NCBI GenBank assembly: GCA_045655865.1
Contig: JAZOQB010000046.1
Location: forward strand, 27,504 to 91,503
Length of the DNA stretch: 64,000 nucleotides
Direction of reading: 5' to 3'
Origin: Eubacteriales bacterium
GTDB lineage: Bacteria > Bacillota > Clostridia > Oscillospirales > SIG627
Below are positions 27,417-35,693 of this stretch, in pieces. The notes under the pieces were generated by a model that saw only the letters and a list, made by a program, of their open reading frames with translations, did not search any database and was not told the origin of the DNA. The stretch's first letter is position 1; every line of letters begins with the position of its first letter. The position numbers were made by a program, and so were the translations under genes.

Positions 27417-28262
27417 TCAAATGGCAACGGGAATATTTTTGATCTGCTCGTGAGTTTGATAATCCAAGAGCTTGACATCGTCGGCGGTAAAATCATAAAA
27501 ATCGCGAATATCGGGATTGATCCAAAATCGTGGCGCCGGCAGGGGCTCCCGAGAAATCAATTCCTTCACCAACGGGACGTGGCGATCGTAGATGTGAGCA
27601 TCGGCAATCATGTGTACCAATTCGCCGGCCTTCATCCCACAGACTTTGGCGAACATATGAACCAAAACAGCGTACTGTACCACATTCCAATTGTTTGCTG
27701 TAAGAACATCACTGGATCGCTGATTCAAAATTGCATTGAGCACCAATGCACCGTTTTTCTCCTGGGTAACATTAAAAGTCATAGAATAGGCACAAGGCTC
27801 CAGACCCATTTCAGACAGATCGGCAAAATTATAGAGATTTGTAAGAATTCTTCGAGAAAACGGAGTGTTCTTCAACTGCCAAAGCACATTATCAACTTGA
27901 TCCATCTCCCCGTGACGAAAACGATATTTTTGTGCCAATTGATATCCATAGGCCTTTCCGATCGTGCCCTCATCATCAGCCCAGGAATCCCAGATCTTGG
28001 AATTTAAATCCGCAATTCGATTGCTCTTTTTTTGCCAAATCCAAAGGATCTCGGAAACACAGCTTTTAAAAGCTGTCTTTCGTAGAGTGAGAGCGGGAAA
28101 CTCTTTGGACAGATCATAACGATTGACAACACCGAAACGTTTTAATGTGTAGGCAGTTTCGCCATCCTCCCAATGAGGGCGGACCTTTTCTCCACGAGTA
28201 TCCGTACCGTTGTCAAGAATATCACGGCACATCTGAATGAAAATATGGTCAGCGTAGCTCAC
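27417..28262 (-). CDS. thyA: Thymidylate synthase (B. subtilis ThyA/ThyP3-like type)
   Basis: GTG start at 28262 with SD AAAGGAGAG. LEPCAYSMTF contains the catalytic Cys. NQRSSDV is present, and the C-terminal FWINPDIRDFYDFTADDVKLLDY closely parallels B. subtilis ThyA as I recall it. Confidence 0.92.
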   Translation of the reverse strand: MSYADHIFIQMCRDILDNGTDTRGEKVRPHWEDGETAYTLKRFGVVNRYDLSKEFPALTLRKTAFKSCVSEILWIWQKKSNRIADLNSKIWDSWADDEGTIGKAYGYQLAQKYRFRHGEMDQVDNVLWQLKNTPFSRRILTNLYNFADLSEMGLEPCAYSMTFNVTQEKNGALVLNAILNQRSSDVLTANNWNVVQYAVLVHMFAKVCGMKAGELVHMIADAHIYDRHVPLVKELISREPLPAPRFWINPDIRDFYDFTADDVKLLDYQTHEQIKNIPVAI

Positions 28263-28402
28263 TGTTCTCTCCTTTTGAGCAAAATCCGATATGTTTCAGA
28301 TTTGTGTCAAAAACCAGTTTTCGCTCTTAAATATATTTTGAGTATTTTACCACAAAAAGGTCAAAAAATCAAGCAGATTGAATAATAATTTTACCTCGCT
28401 TA

Positions 28403-28431
28403 TTGATTTTTATAGCATAATGTGGCATAAT
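28403..28431 (+). promoter_or_regulatory. Sigma-A-type promoter for the DUF1700/DUF4097 pair
   Basis: TTGATT (28403-28408), 17 nt, CATAAT (28426-28431) with an extended TG. Confidence 0.55.
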
Positions 28432-28463
28432 GGTCTCAATCATTAAGAATGTGTGGTGAAACC

Positions 28464-29729
28464 ATGACCGGAAACGCTTTTCTTAAACGCCTTTCTTTTC
28501 AACTGGATTTCTTGTGTGTTGAAGATCAAAAAGTTGTTCTGGACTTTTATCAGCGCAAGCTCGCGGGTGCCGATACTCTTCTGGAAGAAGAGGCGATGGT
28601 AAAATCCTTCGGCTCTCCGGAACACATCGCAAAAAAACTAAAAGAATCCTATTTAAATATTGAATCTGTTACAGAAAATGAGGACGCTCAGGTGCCTGCA
28701 TCCTCGTCGGAAAACAACATCCCGGAAGAACATACTTCCCTCTCCGCGCTTCCTAAGGAAGAGCAGATATTTTCTGATTTAGATAACAGCAGCCCAATAG
28801 AAGATGTGCCCGCGGAAACAGACGGACAAACGTTTCCGGATGCTGATATAGACTCTGGGATCGTCGAAGAAAGCGATGACCGGTCTTTAGAAAATGAGGT
28901 CTTGGATGACGATCTGATTTTTTCGCGTCCACCTATGGTTCAAAAAGCGCCGGAGATCGTTCACTCTCTGGAAAACAAAGAAGTGAAGTCTCTTTACGGA
29001 GAAAAAGTTGTCATTGAATCCCGTGAACAACCGATCGAGCAGATCCCTTTGGATCCAATTGATGATGAAAACGGTTTTACTCCTGAAGAGATCGAATTAG
29101 CAAAAGCCGAAACGTTGGAAAAAGCTGAAAGCTACAACACTACTTCCTTTGGTGTGCCAGAAACCGATATGGAAGCGGAGTCGATAGAAGAATCTGAAGA
29201 ATCAGAAACAAGAGAAGAAGTAGAAATTCCACCGCAATTGGAAGAAGACGAAACAGACGAGCCGACTCCAAATGAAGTTGTGCCAGGAAAATCGTATCCG
29301 GGACTGCTAAATAAAATATTCTCCTCTTCTTCCCTGTCCGGTAAAACCATTGGCATTTTCAAAATTCTGATTACCATTCTAATTTCCCCGTTACTTCTCC
29401 TGTTTTTTGGAGTTGGTGCCATCGCATATGCGGTATGTTCCGCTTTCATAATCCTTTTATGCGTCCTACTGTTTGCTCTCATTGCCGCTCTGCTTGTGGG
29501 AGGTGTTGTTGAGCTGATCTATGGCGTAGCCATGTTATTTGATACTGTCAGCATAGCCCTTATTGAAATTGGAGTTGGCACAGTATTGTTTGCTTTTGTC
29601 ACCGCCATTGCAGCCTTAATTTACGAATTCATTTTCGGATTTGTTCCAAAAATTCTAAAAGGCCTCACAGATCTGATCAAACGGTACTTTAGAATTTTCC
29701 GTTCGTATCTTTATGGAGGAATCGCATGA
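28464..29729 (+). CDS. DUF1700-like membrane protein with a ~220-aa acidic low-complexity linker
   Basis: The ORF track starts at 28449, only about 11 nt from the predicted TSS; ATG 28464 follows GGTGA. MTGNAFLKRLSFQLDFL...DFYQ...SFGSPEHIAKKL has the DUF1700 N-terminal pattern. An E/D/P/S-rich stretch follows, then about 4 C-terminal TM helices. Confidence 0.65.
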   Translation: MTGNAFLKRLSFQLDFLCVEDQKVVLDFYQRKLAGADTLLEEEAMVKSFGSPEHIAKKLKESYLNIESVTENEDAQVPASSSENNIPEEHTSLSALPKEEQIFSDLDNSSPIEDVPAETDGQTFPDADIDSGIVEESDDRSLENEVLDDDLIFSRPPMVQKAPEIVHSLENKEVKSLYGEKVVIESREQPIEQIPLDPIDDENGFTPEEIELAKAETLEKAESYNTTSFGVPETDMEAESIEESEESETREEVEIPPQLEEDETDEPTPNEVVPGKSYPGLLNKIFSSSSLSGKTIGIFKILITILISPLLLLFFGVGAIAYAVCSAFIILLCVLLFALIAALLVGGVVELIYGVAMLFDTVSIALIEIGVGTVLFAFVTAIAALIYEFIFGFVPKILKGLTDLIKRYFRIFRSYLYGGIA

Positions 29730-30787
29730 AAAAAACCACAAAATCTCTGTTGATTACAGCATTGATCTTACTTTGTGCCGGTCTCCTCCTTGCGCTTTCC
29801 AGCGCTCTTTTTACCAAAGTTATGGGAATCGATCCATATGGAGTAGAACAAAAAGCCAAGGTGATCGAAACAAAATCAATTTCCCTGGATGATATTCTCT
29901 CCGTCTCACAGGAATCCAATTTTGTCAAAAAGCTTTCCACCAAAGAATTTTCGAAAATCGATGTTCTCTCTTTTGCCGGAAACGTTGTGATCTGCTCAGA
30001 TCCCGGAGAGACACGGATCCAGCTCGATCATGCCAACACCAACAATCTTTCTTGGGAGATCGTTGGCGAAACTTTAATGATCAAAGAAGAAGATCCCGTT
30101 GGATTTCTCGGCTTTTATATTGATGAAAACGGTTTTTCCTTTCAAGGCCTTCGTCACATCTTCGGGCCAGGCAATTCTGCAAATTCCGGTAAAACTGTAA
30201 CCGTATATCTTTCTTCAAAAATCAAATTGGATCAGGTCAACGTTCATTCCACTATCGGAGACGTGACCGTTGACGGAGTTTTTAGTGAAAATCTCTCCAT
30301 CAGCGCATCAACCGGTAACGTTTGTGTAAAAAATCTTCAATCTGAAAATGGAAAAATCTCCATCGAAGGAAATGTGGTCGACGTATTGCTGGAAAACAAC
30401 GCCTATTCCAACTGTACGGTCTCAACCAGGATCGGTTCCATCAAGGCTGGCATTCCAAAAGGAGATAACCAAAGCACCGTATTGGACGTTTGGATGGGCA
30501 ATGTGAACCTAAATACCGATCTTCCTACAAGCTACTACAAATTAAGTTTTTCTACCATGTTCGGCACGATTACCCGTAACGGACAGACAGCCGGAAAATC
30601 TCTAAGCGATTCCTCTTCTACCGCAAGCCGCATCTCCTCAACCATTATCCTTGGAAGTGCCTCCATTTCCTACTCCGGCGGTGATGAAAGCAGCTACGTT
30701 CCGCCGGAAAAGCCGGAATCGGTACCAGAATCCGAAGAAAAGCCGTCTCAGGAACCAAATTTACCCCCGCAAGATAACGAAATTTAA
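29726..30787 (+). CDS. DUF4097-like (putative adhesin / beta-helix repeat) membrane-anchored protein
   Basis: ATGA overlap with the upstream gene. It has an N-terminal TM helix and repeated G(D/N)V.V..... strands (STIGDVTVDG, STGNVCVKN, IEGNVVDVLL, RIGSIKAG, WMGNVNLN). Confidence 0.7.
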   Translation: MKKTTKSLLITALILLCAGLLLALSSALFTKVMGIDPYGVEQKAKVIETKSISLDDILSVSQESNFVKKLSTKEFSKIDVLSFAGNVVICSDPGETRIQLDHANTNNLSWEIVGETLMIKEEDPVGFLGFYIDENGFSFQGLRHIFGPGNSANSGKTVTVYLSSKIKLDQVNVHSTIGDVTVDGVFSENLSISASTGNVCVKNLQSENGKISIEGNVVDVLLENNAYSNCTVSTRIGSIKAGIPKGDNQSTVLDVWMGNVNLNTDLPTSYYKLSFSTMFGTITRNGQTAGKSLSDSSSTASRISSTIILGSASISYSGGDESSYVPPEKPESVPESEEKPSQEPNLPPQDNEI

Positions 30788-30895
30788 AAATTTAAAAATT
30801 TCCATCCATGAAAACAAAAAAAGAGGTCATAATATCTACTGGATATAGGATCTCTTTTTTATATCCGAATCCTTTTAACACAGAGGTTAAATCAA

Positions 30896-31102
30896 ATGCT
30901 TGACCGTATTGCACTGATTATTTTAATCATTGGCGGTTTGAACTGGGGAAGCATCGGGCTTTTCAATTTCAATTTTGTATCCTGGATTTTCCCCGGCGCC
31001 GCAAACATCGTTGCTCGCATTATTTTCACTTTGGTGGGTCTTTGTGCCCTTTGGTGTGTTTCGATTCTCTTTAAAAAAAGCGAGAGATTGACTGCCGAGT
31101 AA
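30896..31102 (+). CDS. DUF378 small membrane protein
   Basis: MLDRIALIILIIGGLNWGSIGLFNFNFVSWIF is a typical DUF378 motif. SD AGAGG. Confidence 0.8.
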   Translation: MLDRIALIILIIGGLNWGSIGLFNFNFVSWIFPGAANIVARIIFTLVGLCALWCVSILFKKSERLTAE

Positions 31103-31112
31103 CGAGTTCATG

Positions 31113-31148
31113 AAAAAAAGCAGAGACAAATCGTCTCTGCTTTTTTTA
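31113..31148. terminator. Bidirectional terminator between the DUF378 gene and recR
   Basis: AAAAAAAGCAGAGAC-AAATC-GTCTCTGCTTTTTTT. Confidence 0.75.
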
Positions 31149-31172
31149 ATAATACTTTTTAAAAACAAATTG

Positions 31173-31772
31173 CTAAATTTCCCTTCGACCCTCTAAGGCT
31201 TTGAAAAGAGTCAGATCATCTGCATACTCCAATTCTCCTCCGGCCGGCAATCCATAGGCCAAGCGTGTGGTTTTAATACCCAAAGGCTTGATCAGCCGAC
31301 TCAAATACATTGCAGTAGCTTCGCCTTCAATGCTGGGATTGGTAGCAATAATGACCTCGTGCACTTCTTGATTTCCCAAGCGAGCGATCAGCTCCTTGAT
31401 TTTCAATTGTTCCGGTCCCACGCCCTCCATGGGATTGACCAAGCCTCCGAGCACGTGAAATACGCCGCGATATTCATGGATTTTTTCCATAGCAAGAACA
31501 TCTTTCGGATTTTCCACCACACAAATGATGCCGTGATCCCGATCGGGATCCGCACAAAGAGAGCAGGTCTCCGTTTCACTAATATCCTGACAGATCTGGC
31601 AATGGCCGATTTTTTCTTTGGCGTCTAAAATCGCCTGAGCAAAGTTGCGGGCGGAAGACTCTGACATATCCAACACATGAAAGGCCATCCGCACTGCAGA
31701 TTTATATCCTACGCCGGGAAGCAAGCGAAAATGCTCCACCAGCTTTTCCAGACTCGGCGTAAACCCTAGCAT
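31173..31772 (-). CDS. recR: Recombination protein RecR
   Basis: LPGVGYKSAVRMAFHVL (HhH), a C4 zinc finger (CQIC...CSLC) and a Toprim domain. ATG 31772 shares one nt with the ybaB stop; the ORF track opens at TTG 31775. Confidence 0.95.
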   Translation of the reverse strand: MLGFTPSLEKLVEHFRLLPGVGYKSAVRMAFHVLDMSESSARNFAQAILDAKEKIGHCQICQDISETETCSLCADPDRDHGIICVVENPKDVLAMEKIHEYRGVFHVLGGLVNPMEGVGPEQLKIKELIARLGNQEVHEVIIATNPSIEGEATAMYLSRLIKPLGIKTTRLAYGLPAGGELEYADDLTLFKALEGRREI

Positions 31773-32119
31773 CAAAACAGCCCCGGAAGACTCAAATTGC
31801 CGGTAATTTTGGACATTTCCGCATTGCCGGTCTCCTCAACCCGCTTGATGGCTTCGTTGACACCTGCCACCAAAATATCTTGCAGAGTTTCCAAATCATC
31901 GGGATCAACGATCATAGGATCCAATTCAATAGACTTGATTTCTTTCTGACCGGTAATAACGATCTTGCAAACCCCGCCGCCTGCGGCGATCTCGTATTCC
32001 CGATTGGCCAAATCTTCTTGCAGAGCCGTCATTTCCTCTTGCATTTTTTGAACTTGGCGAAGCATGTCTTTTTGGCTGGAGGGGCCTTTTCCCATTCCCT
32101 GCGGCAATCTAGCTTTCAT
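31772..32119 (-). CDS. ybaB: YbaB/EbfC-family nucleoid-associated protein
   Basis: 115 aa with MLRQVQKMQEEM...GGGVCKIVITGQKEIKSIELDP, in the conserved dnaX-ybaB-recR order. Confidence 0.9.
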   Translation of the reverse strand: MKARLPQGMGKGPSSQKDMLRQVQKMQEEMTALQEDLANREYEIAAGGGVCKIVITGQKEIKSIELDPMIVDPDDLETLQDILVAGVNEAIKRVEETGNAEMSKITGNLSLPGLF

Positions 32120-32130
32120 AAATTACTCCT

Positions 32131-33675
32131 TTACAGTCCTTCAAATTGAGATGCTGTGGGTGTGTTTTCTTGCTTTTTTTCCTGAAATGCGATTTCCTCG
32201 ATTTCGGGATCCACTTCTTTGGCATATTTTAAGATCAGATTCTTCCCATCAGCGGTAGAAAGAACTCCCTTAGCGAATGCACCGGTCTGAAGAATCAAAA
32301 CCTTATCTTTTTTGATAAAATCGATCATGGAAAGCCAAGGCTTGAAAAATTTTTCTTGCTGCAAGAGATTTTTCAACTTAGCGACAGCAAAAAATTTTCT
32401 TTCACCGTTAGAAGTGTTTGCTTGATCGATCTCTTCAGGAGCCGGTCCGGGTTCAGAACTCGTCTCCCTGCTCATATCATTCAACGGATCCGGTGTCATC
32501 TTTTCGTTTTTCTTTAAGGGTAATATCCCCCCAGCTATTGCTTTTTCCAGTTTTGAGATTCTGGAAAGAAGGGCTCCGGGATCTTTTGAAAGATTCTCAT
32601 TGCAAAGCCGGATCATAAGAATTTCCGCGGAAGCTTTTTTGTCACTTACAATTCGATCATAAGAAACATAAAAGTCTTCCAGCGCACGGATTTGAAAAGT
32701 AAGAGTTTCGGCCGTGACATTTTCTGCAATTTTCAAGAGAGTGCTGTGTTCCAAATCATCTGCAATCAAATATTTTTCATACCCGGGAACAGAGCGAATC
32801 ACCAGAAGATCGCGAAAAACCCGGATCAATTCTCCTACTGTTTCCTTGAAATCACTTGTTTTTTCATATATTTTCGCAATAGAATCAAGGCAACTGGACG
32901 TGTCCTGATTTACAATAGCCTGACAGAGAGAAAGAATTGATTTTCTGCTTCCAAGACCTAAAATCTCTTGGATCTTTTCTGCAGAAAGCACCCCCTGATG
33001 GCCTTGGCAAGCTTCCAAAAGACTCAACGCATCTCGCATTGCTCCGTCAGAAAGGCGAGACAACAGATCTGCCGCTCCCTGTTCCAGAGGGATCTGCTCT
33101 GCTTGAGCAATTTTCATCAATCGTTGTGAGATCACCTGAGGAGTGATACGCTTAAAATCAAAGCGCTGACAACGGGAAAGAATGGTTGCGGGAATGGAAT
33201 TGGTCTCGGTGGTGGCCAAGATAAACAAAACGTGAGCAGGGGGCTCTTCCAGCGTTTTGAGCAGTGCATTGAAAGCGCTATTGGAAAGCATATGAACTTC
33301 GTCGATAATGTAAACTCTCTTTTTAGCTTCCGAGGGAAGGAACTCAACCTCGTCACAAAGCGCGCGAATGTGATCGACACCATTGTGGCTGGCAGCATCC
33401 ATTTCTACAACATCCAGCACACGTTCTTCCTGGATGGCGCAACAAGAGGGACATTGGTTGCAAGGATCCCCGTCCTTTGGATTTTCGCAGTTTACTGCCT
33501 TTGCTAAAATCTTAGCACAGGTAGTTTTGCCGGTACCGCGGGATCCGCAGAACATATAGGCATGGGAGACCCTTCCCGTCTGAAGCTGCATTTTCAAGAC
33601 GGAAGTGATGTGTTCTTGACCGCATACGTCCTCAAAACATAGAGGACGATATTTTCGATATAGAGCCTGATACAT
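32131..33675 (-). CDS. dnaX: DNA polymerase III subunit gamma/tau
   Basis: MYQALYRKYRP..F.DV.GQEH, GSRGTGKTT (Walker A), IIDEVHML and a zinc module (CNQCPSC). Confidence 0.95.
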   Translation of the reverse strand: MYQALYRKYRPLCFEDVCGQEHITSVLKMQLQTGRVSHAYMFCGSRGTGKTTCAKILAKAVNCENPKDGDPCNQCPSCCAIQEERVLDVVEMDAASHNGVDHIRALCDEVEFLPSEAKKRVYIIDEVHMLSNSAFNALLKTLEEPPAHVLFILATTETNSIPATILSRCQRFDFKRITPQVISQRLMKIAQAEQIPLEQGAADLLSRLSDGAMRDALSLLEACQGHQGVLSAEKIQEILGLGSRKSILSLCQAIVNQDTSSCLDSIAKIYEKTSDFKETVGELIRVFRDLLVIRSVPGYEKYLIADDLEHSTLLKIAENVTAETLTFQIRALEDFYVSYDRIVSDKKASAEILMIRLCNENLSKDPGALLSRISKLEKAIAGGILPLKKNEKMTPDPLNDMSRETSSEPGPAPEEIDQANTSNGERKFFAVAKLKNLLQQEKFFKPWLSMIDFIKKDKVLILQTGAFAKGVLSTADGKNLILKYAKEVDPEIEEIAFQEKKQENTPTASQFEGL

Positions 33676-33690
33676 CCTTCTCTCCTAAAC

Positions 33691-33994
33691 AGCAGGATAT
33701 GAAATAAGACCGCGCACCCTTTCTCGAAAAGGCGATCCTGCTCGCTTCTTTTCAAATCAGCTCAAAAAAGGCTTCCTCGTGGCACATCAAAACATTCGCT
33801 TAATGCTGCTTGGTTCCCCACCTGACATGATTCACGACGTTTGATTGCACAAGACCCATTTCTCAACGCTTTTTTGAAAAAGGCTGCAACACGGTCGCTT
33901 CCCTCAAAAGGGAATTCTCCCCCTCTATAGCGGATTGAGGGTGCAAGGTGCCGCTAACTCCCCAGATAGCGCGGCCTTATTTCATATCCTGCTT
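33691..33994 (-). ncRNA. ffs: Signal recognition particle RNA, long (Alu-domain-containing) Firmicute type, including a 25-bp terminal precursor helix
   Basis: The minus strand contains the domain IV motif GUCAGGUGGGGAACCAAGCAGC, with GCCACGAGG on the return strand. 33970-33994 and 33691-33715 are inverted repeats forming 25 consecutive pairs (one G-U). It occupies the classical position immediately upstream of dnaX. The mature core is probably about 33708-33978. Confidence 0.8.
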
Positions 33995-34011
33995 ACGGAT
34001 TTTCTATTTAT

Positions 34012-34040
34012 ATTTTATCACAATTTTTTAAAAACTGCAA
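34012..34040 (-). promoter_or_regulatory. Sigma-A-type promoter of the SRP RNA (and probably dnaX)
   Basis: Minus strand: TTGCAG (34040-34035), 17 nt, TAAAAT (34017-34012) with an extended TG. Confidence 0.55.
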
Positions 34041-34043
34041 CCA

Positions 34044-34481
34044 TCAATCCATGTTTTCTTCAAACATTGCCACGCGATTGGCGTGCCTGCCGCCTTCAAA
34101 TTCGGTATTCAGGAAAACGTCAACCAGGTCGCAAGCCAGCCCTCTTGCCATAACGCGCGCGCCAAGACAGAAAATATTGGCGTCGTTATGAAGACGGGAA
34201 TGGCGGACAGAAAATACATCGGAAGCCACTACAGCCCGAATTCCCTTAAATTTATTGGCGCAGATGCTCATGCCAATACCGGTTCCGCAAAAAAGCATTC
34301 CCTTTTCGGCTTTGCCGCTTTGTACGTATTTGGCAACTTGCTTTGCAATCACGGGATAATCGTCGTCTCGCTTCAATTCCACAAAGCCAAGATCAACATA
34401 AGCGATTCCCAGTTCGTCTAAGTGTTTTTTTACGTGTTGTTTCAATTCGTCTCCGGCGTGATCCGATCCTAATGCGATCAT
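34044..34481 (-). CDS. rpiB: Ribose-5-phosphate isomerase B
   Basis: ORF track 34044..34646, start moved to ATG 34481 (SD AGAGGAAAA). MIALGSDHAGDELKQHVKKHL...CGTGIGMSICANK. Confidence 0.9.
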   Translation of the reverse strand: MIALGSDHAGDELKQHVKKHLDELGIAYVDLGFVELKRDDDYPVIAKQVAKYVQSGKAEKGMLFCGTGIGMSICANKFKGIRAVVASDVFSVRHSRLHNDANIFCLGARVMARGLACDLVDVFLNTEFEGGRHANRVAMFEENMD

Positions 34482-34497
34482 ATTATTTTCCTCTTTT

Positions 34498-35217
34498 CTA
34501 TTGATTTGATTGATTTTTTTGACAAGATTGATTTTTTGCCAGCCACTCTCGCTCCGCCTGGGGCAGACGCAAATACGAGGGCGAAAGCATTTCACAAGGC
34601 ACTGCATGCCCAAAATTAATTTCCCGAAGCCCAATTTGCGCCACACTCACGGCGCTTTGCATTCGAAGCGCGGGCTCGGCCAGAAACGGAAGAAATTCCG
34701 GATTCTGTTCACAAAATTTCTCAGCGCCGTCTCCCAAAATCACAAGTCGTTCTTCTCCCCGGATTTCAGAGCACAAATCTGTCCCTGCGATGGCGCGGTC
34801 CGGTGTCATCCTTTTTGGGACACCGTTTTCAATTCGAAAAATCCCATTATAAAATTCAGATCTGCGAGCGTCCATTAAAGCACAGACGATCATCCCTTCC
34901 ATTTCCTTAGCGTTGTAGCTTAATGCTTCCAAGGTGGAAACCGGTACACAAGGGATCTTTTCAGCATAAGCCAATCCCTTTACGGTAGATATCCCGATCC
35001 GAAGCCCGGTAAAAGATCCCGGACCGCAGGTCACGGCGATCGCTTTCAATTCATCTAAAGAAACTTTTGCTTCCGACAACACTTTTTGAATGCCGGGCAA
35101 CAAAGTCTCGCTGTGCGTAAGTCCACAAGATACGGAAAAGGAGGAAAGAACCCGATCTTCAGAAAGCAGTGCCGCCGAACAGGTAACTGCTGAAGTGTCG
35201 ATTCCAAGGACCATCAT
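34498..35217 (-). CDS. tsaB: tRNA t6A37 biosynthesis protein TsaB (YeaZ)
   Basis: MMVLGIDTSA......VTCGPGSFTGLRIG. The start overlaps the tsaE stop. Confidence 0.85.
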   Translation of the reverse strand: MMVLGIDTSAVTCSAALLSEDRVLSSFSVSCGLTHSETLLPGIQKVLSEAKVSLDELKAIAVTCGPGSFTGLRIGISTVKGLAYAEKIPCVPVSTLEALSYNAKEMEGMIVCALMDARRSEFYNGIFRIENGVPKRMTPDRAIAGTDLCSEIRGEERLVILGDGAEKFCEQNPEFLPFLAEPALRMQSAVSVAQIGLREINFGHAVPCEMLSPSYLRLPQAEREWLAKNQSCQKNQSNQ

Positions 35218-35636
35218 ATACTCACCCTTTCCACAAGGATCTGTCGACCGGTTTCAGAGGTCTTTTCAAATACAACTTTAAGGAAAGATCCGGGCAGATA
35301 ATCAATGATCTTTTCAGGCCATTCACACAGGGTGATCCCGGTTTGTATCACCTCGTCATACCCCGTTGATTCCAAATCCTCTCCGGAGGTAATGCGGTAC
35401 ATATCAAAGTGATTGACGGTTTGCTCATTTCCCTGGTAAACACTCAAGATGGCGTAGGTAGGGCTGGAGACCCGAGCTCCGGGAATCAATTCCCCAACAA
35501 ATCCACGGGCGAAAGCTGTCTTTCCGCTGCCTAAATCGCCAAACAGGGCAAGAAAATCACCATTGGAGCATTCCTTGGCAATTTTTGCGCCGATCTCTTC
35601 GGTCTCTTTTTCACTCATGGAACAATATGACTGCAT
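35214..35636 (-). CDS. tsaE: tRNA t6A37 biosynthesis ATPase TsaE (YjeE)
   Basis: LFGDLGSGKTAFARG (Walker A), SPTYAI, HFDMYR. Confidence 0.85.
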   Translation of the reverse strand: MQSYCSMSEKETEEIGAKIAKECSNGDFLALFGDLGSGKTAFARGFVGELIPGARVSSPTYAILSVYQGNEQTVNHFDMYRITSGEDLESTGYDEVIQTGITLCEWPEKIIDYLPGSFLKVVFEKTSETGRQILVERVSI

Positions 35637-35693
35637 GCTTTCACCCCCTCAAACGACTATTATTGTAATATAGGATGCCATAAAAAACAAGGT

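Noticed and set aside
30811-30906. 31-codon ORF (MKTKKEVIISTGYRISFLYPNPFNTEVKSNA) in the gap before the DUF378 gene.
   Set aside because: It has no SD, it spans the imperfect terminator hairpin of the upstream operon, and it runs into the DUF378 start region. It is most likely noise.
32631-32643. A-run (GAC AAA AAA GCT) inside dnaX, a possible E. coli-like -1 frameshift site producing gamma.
   Set aside because: The heptamer is C AAA AAA, not X XXY YYZ with a matching first base, so P-site re-pairing would mismatch. I see no downstream stem-loop, and programmed dnaX frameshifting is not a general Firmicute feature.
33691-33994. 25-nt inverted repeats 279 nt apart, which could be read as terminal inverted repeats of a miniature mobile element.
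   Set aside because: The enclosed sequence carries the SRP RNA domain IV motif and sits in the conserved position upstream of dnaX. The repeats are the base-paired 5'/3' ends of the RNA precursor, and there are no target-site duplications.
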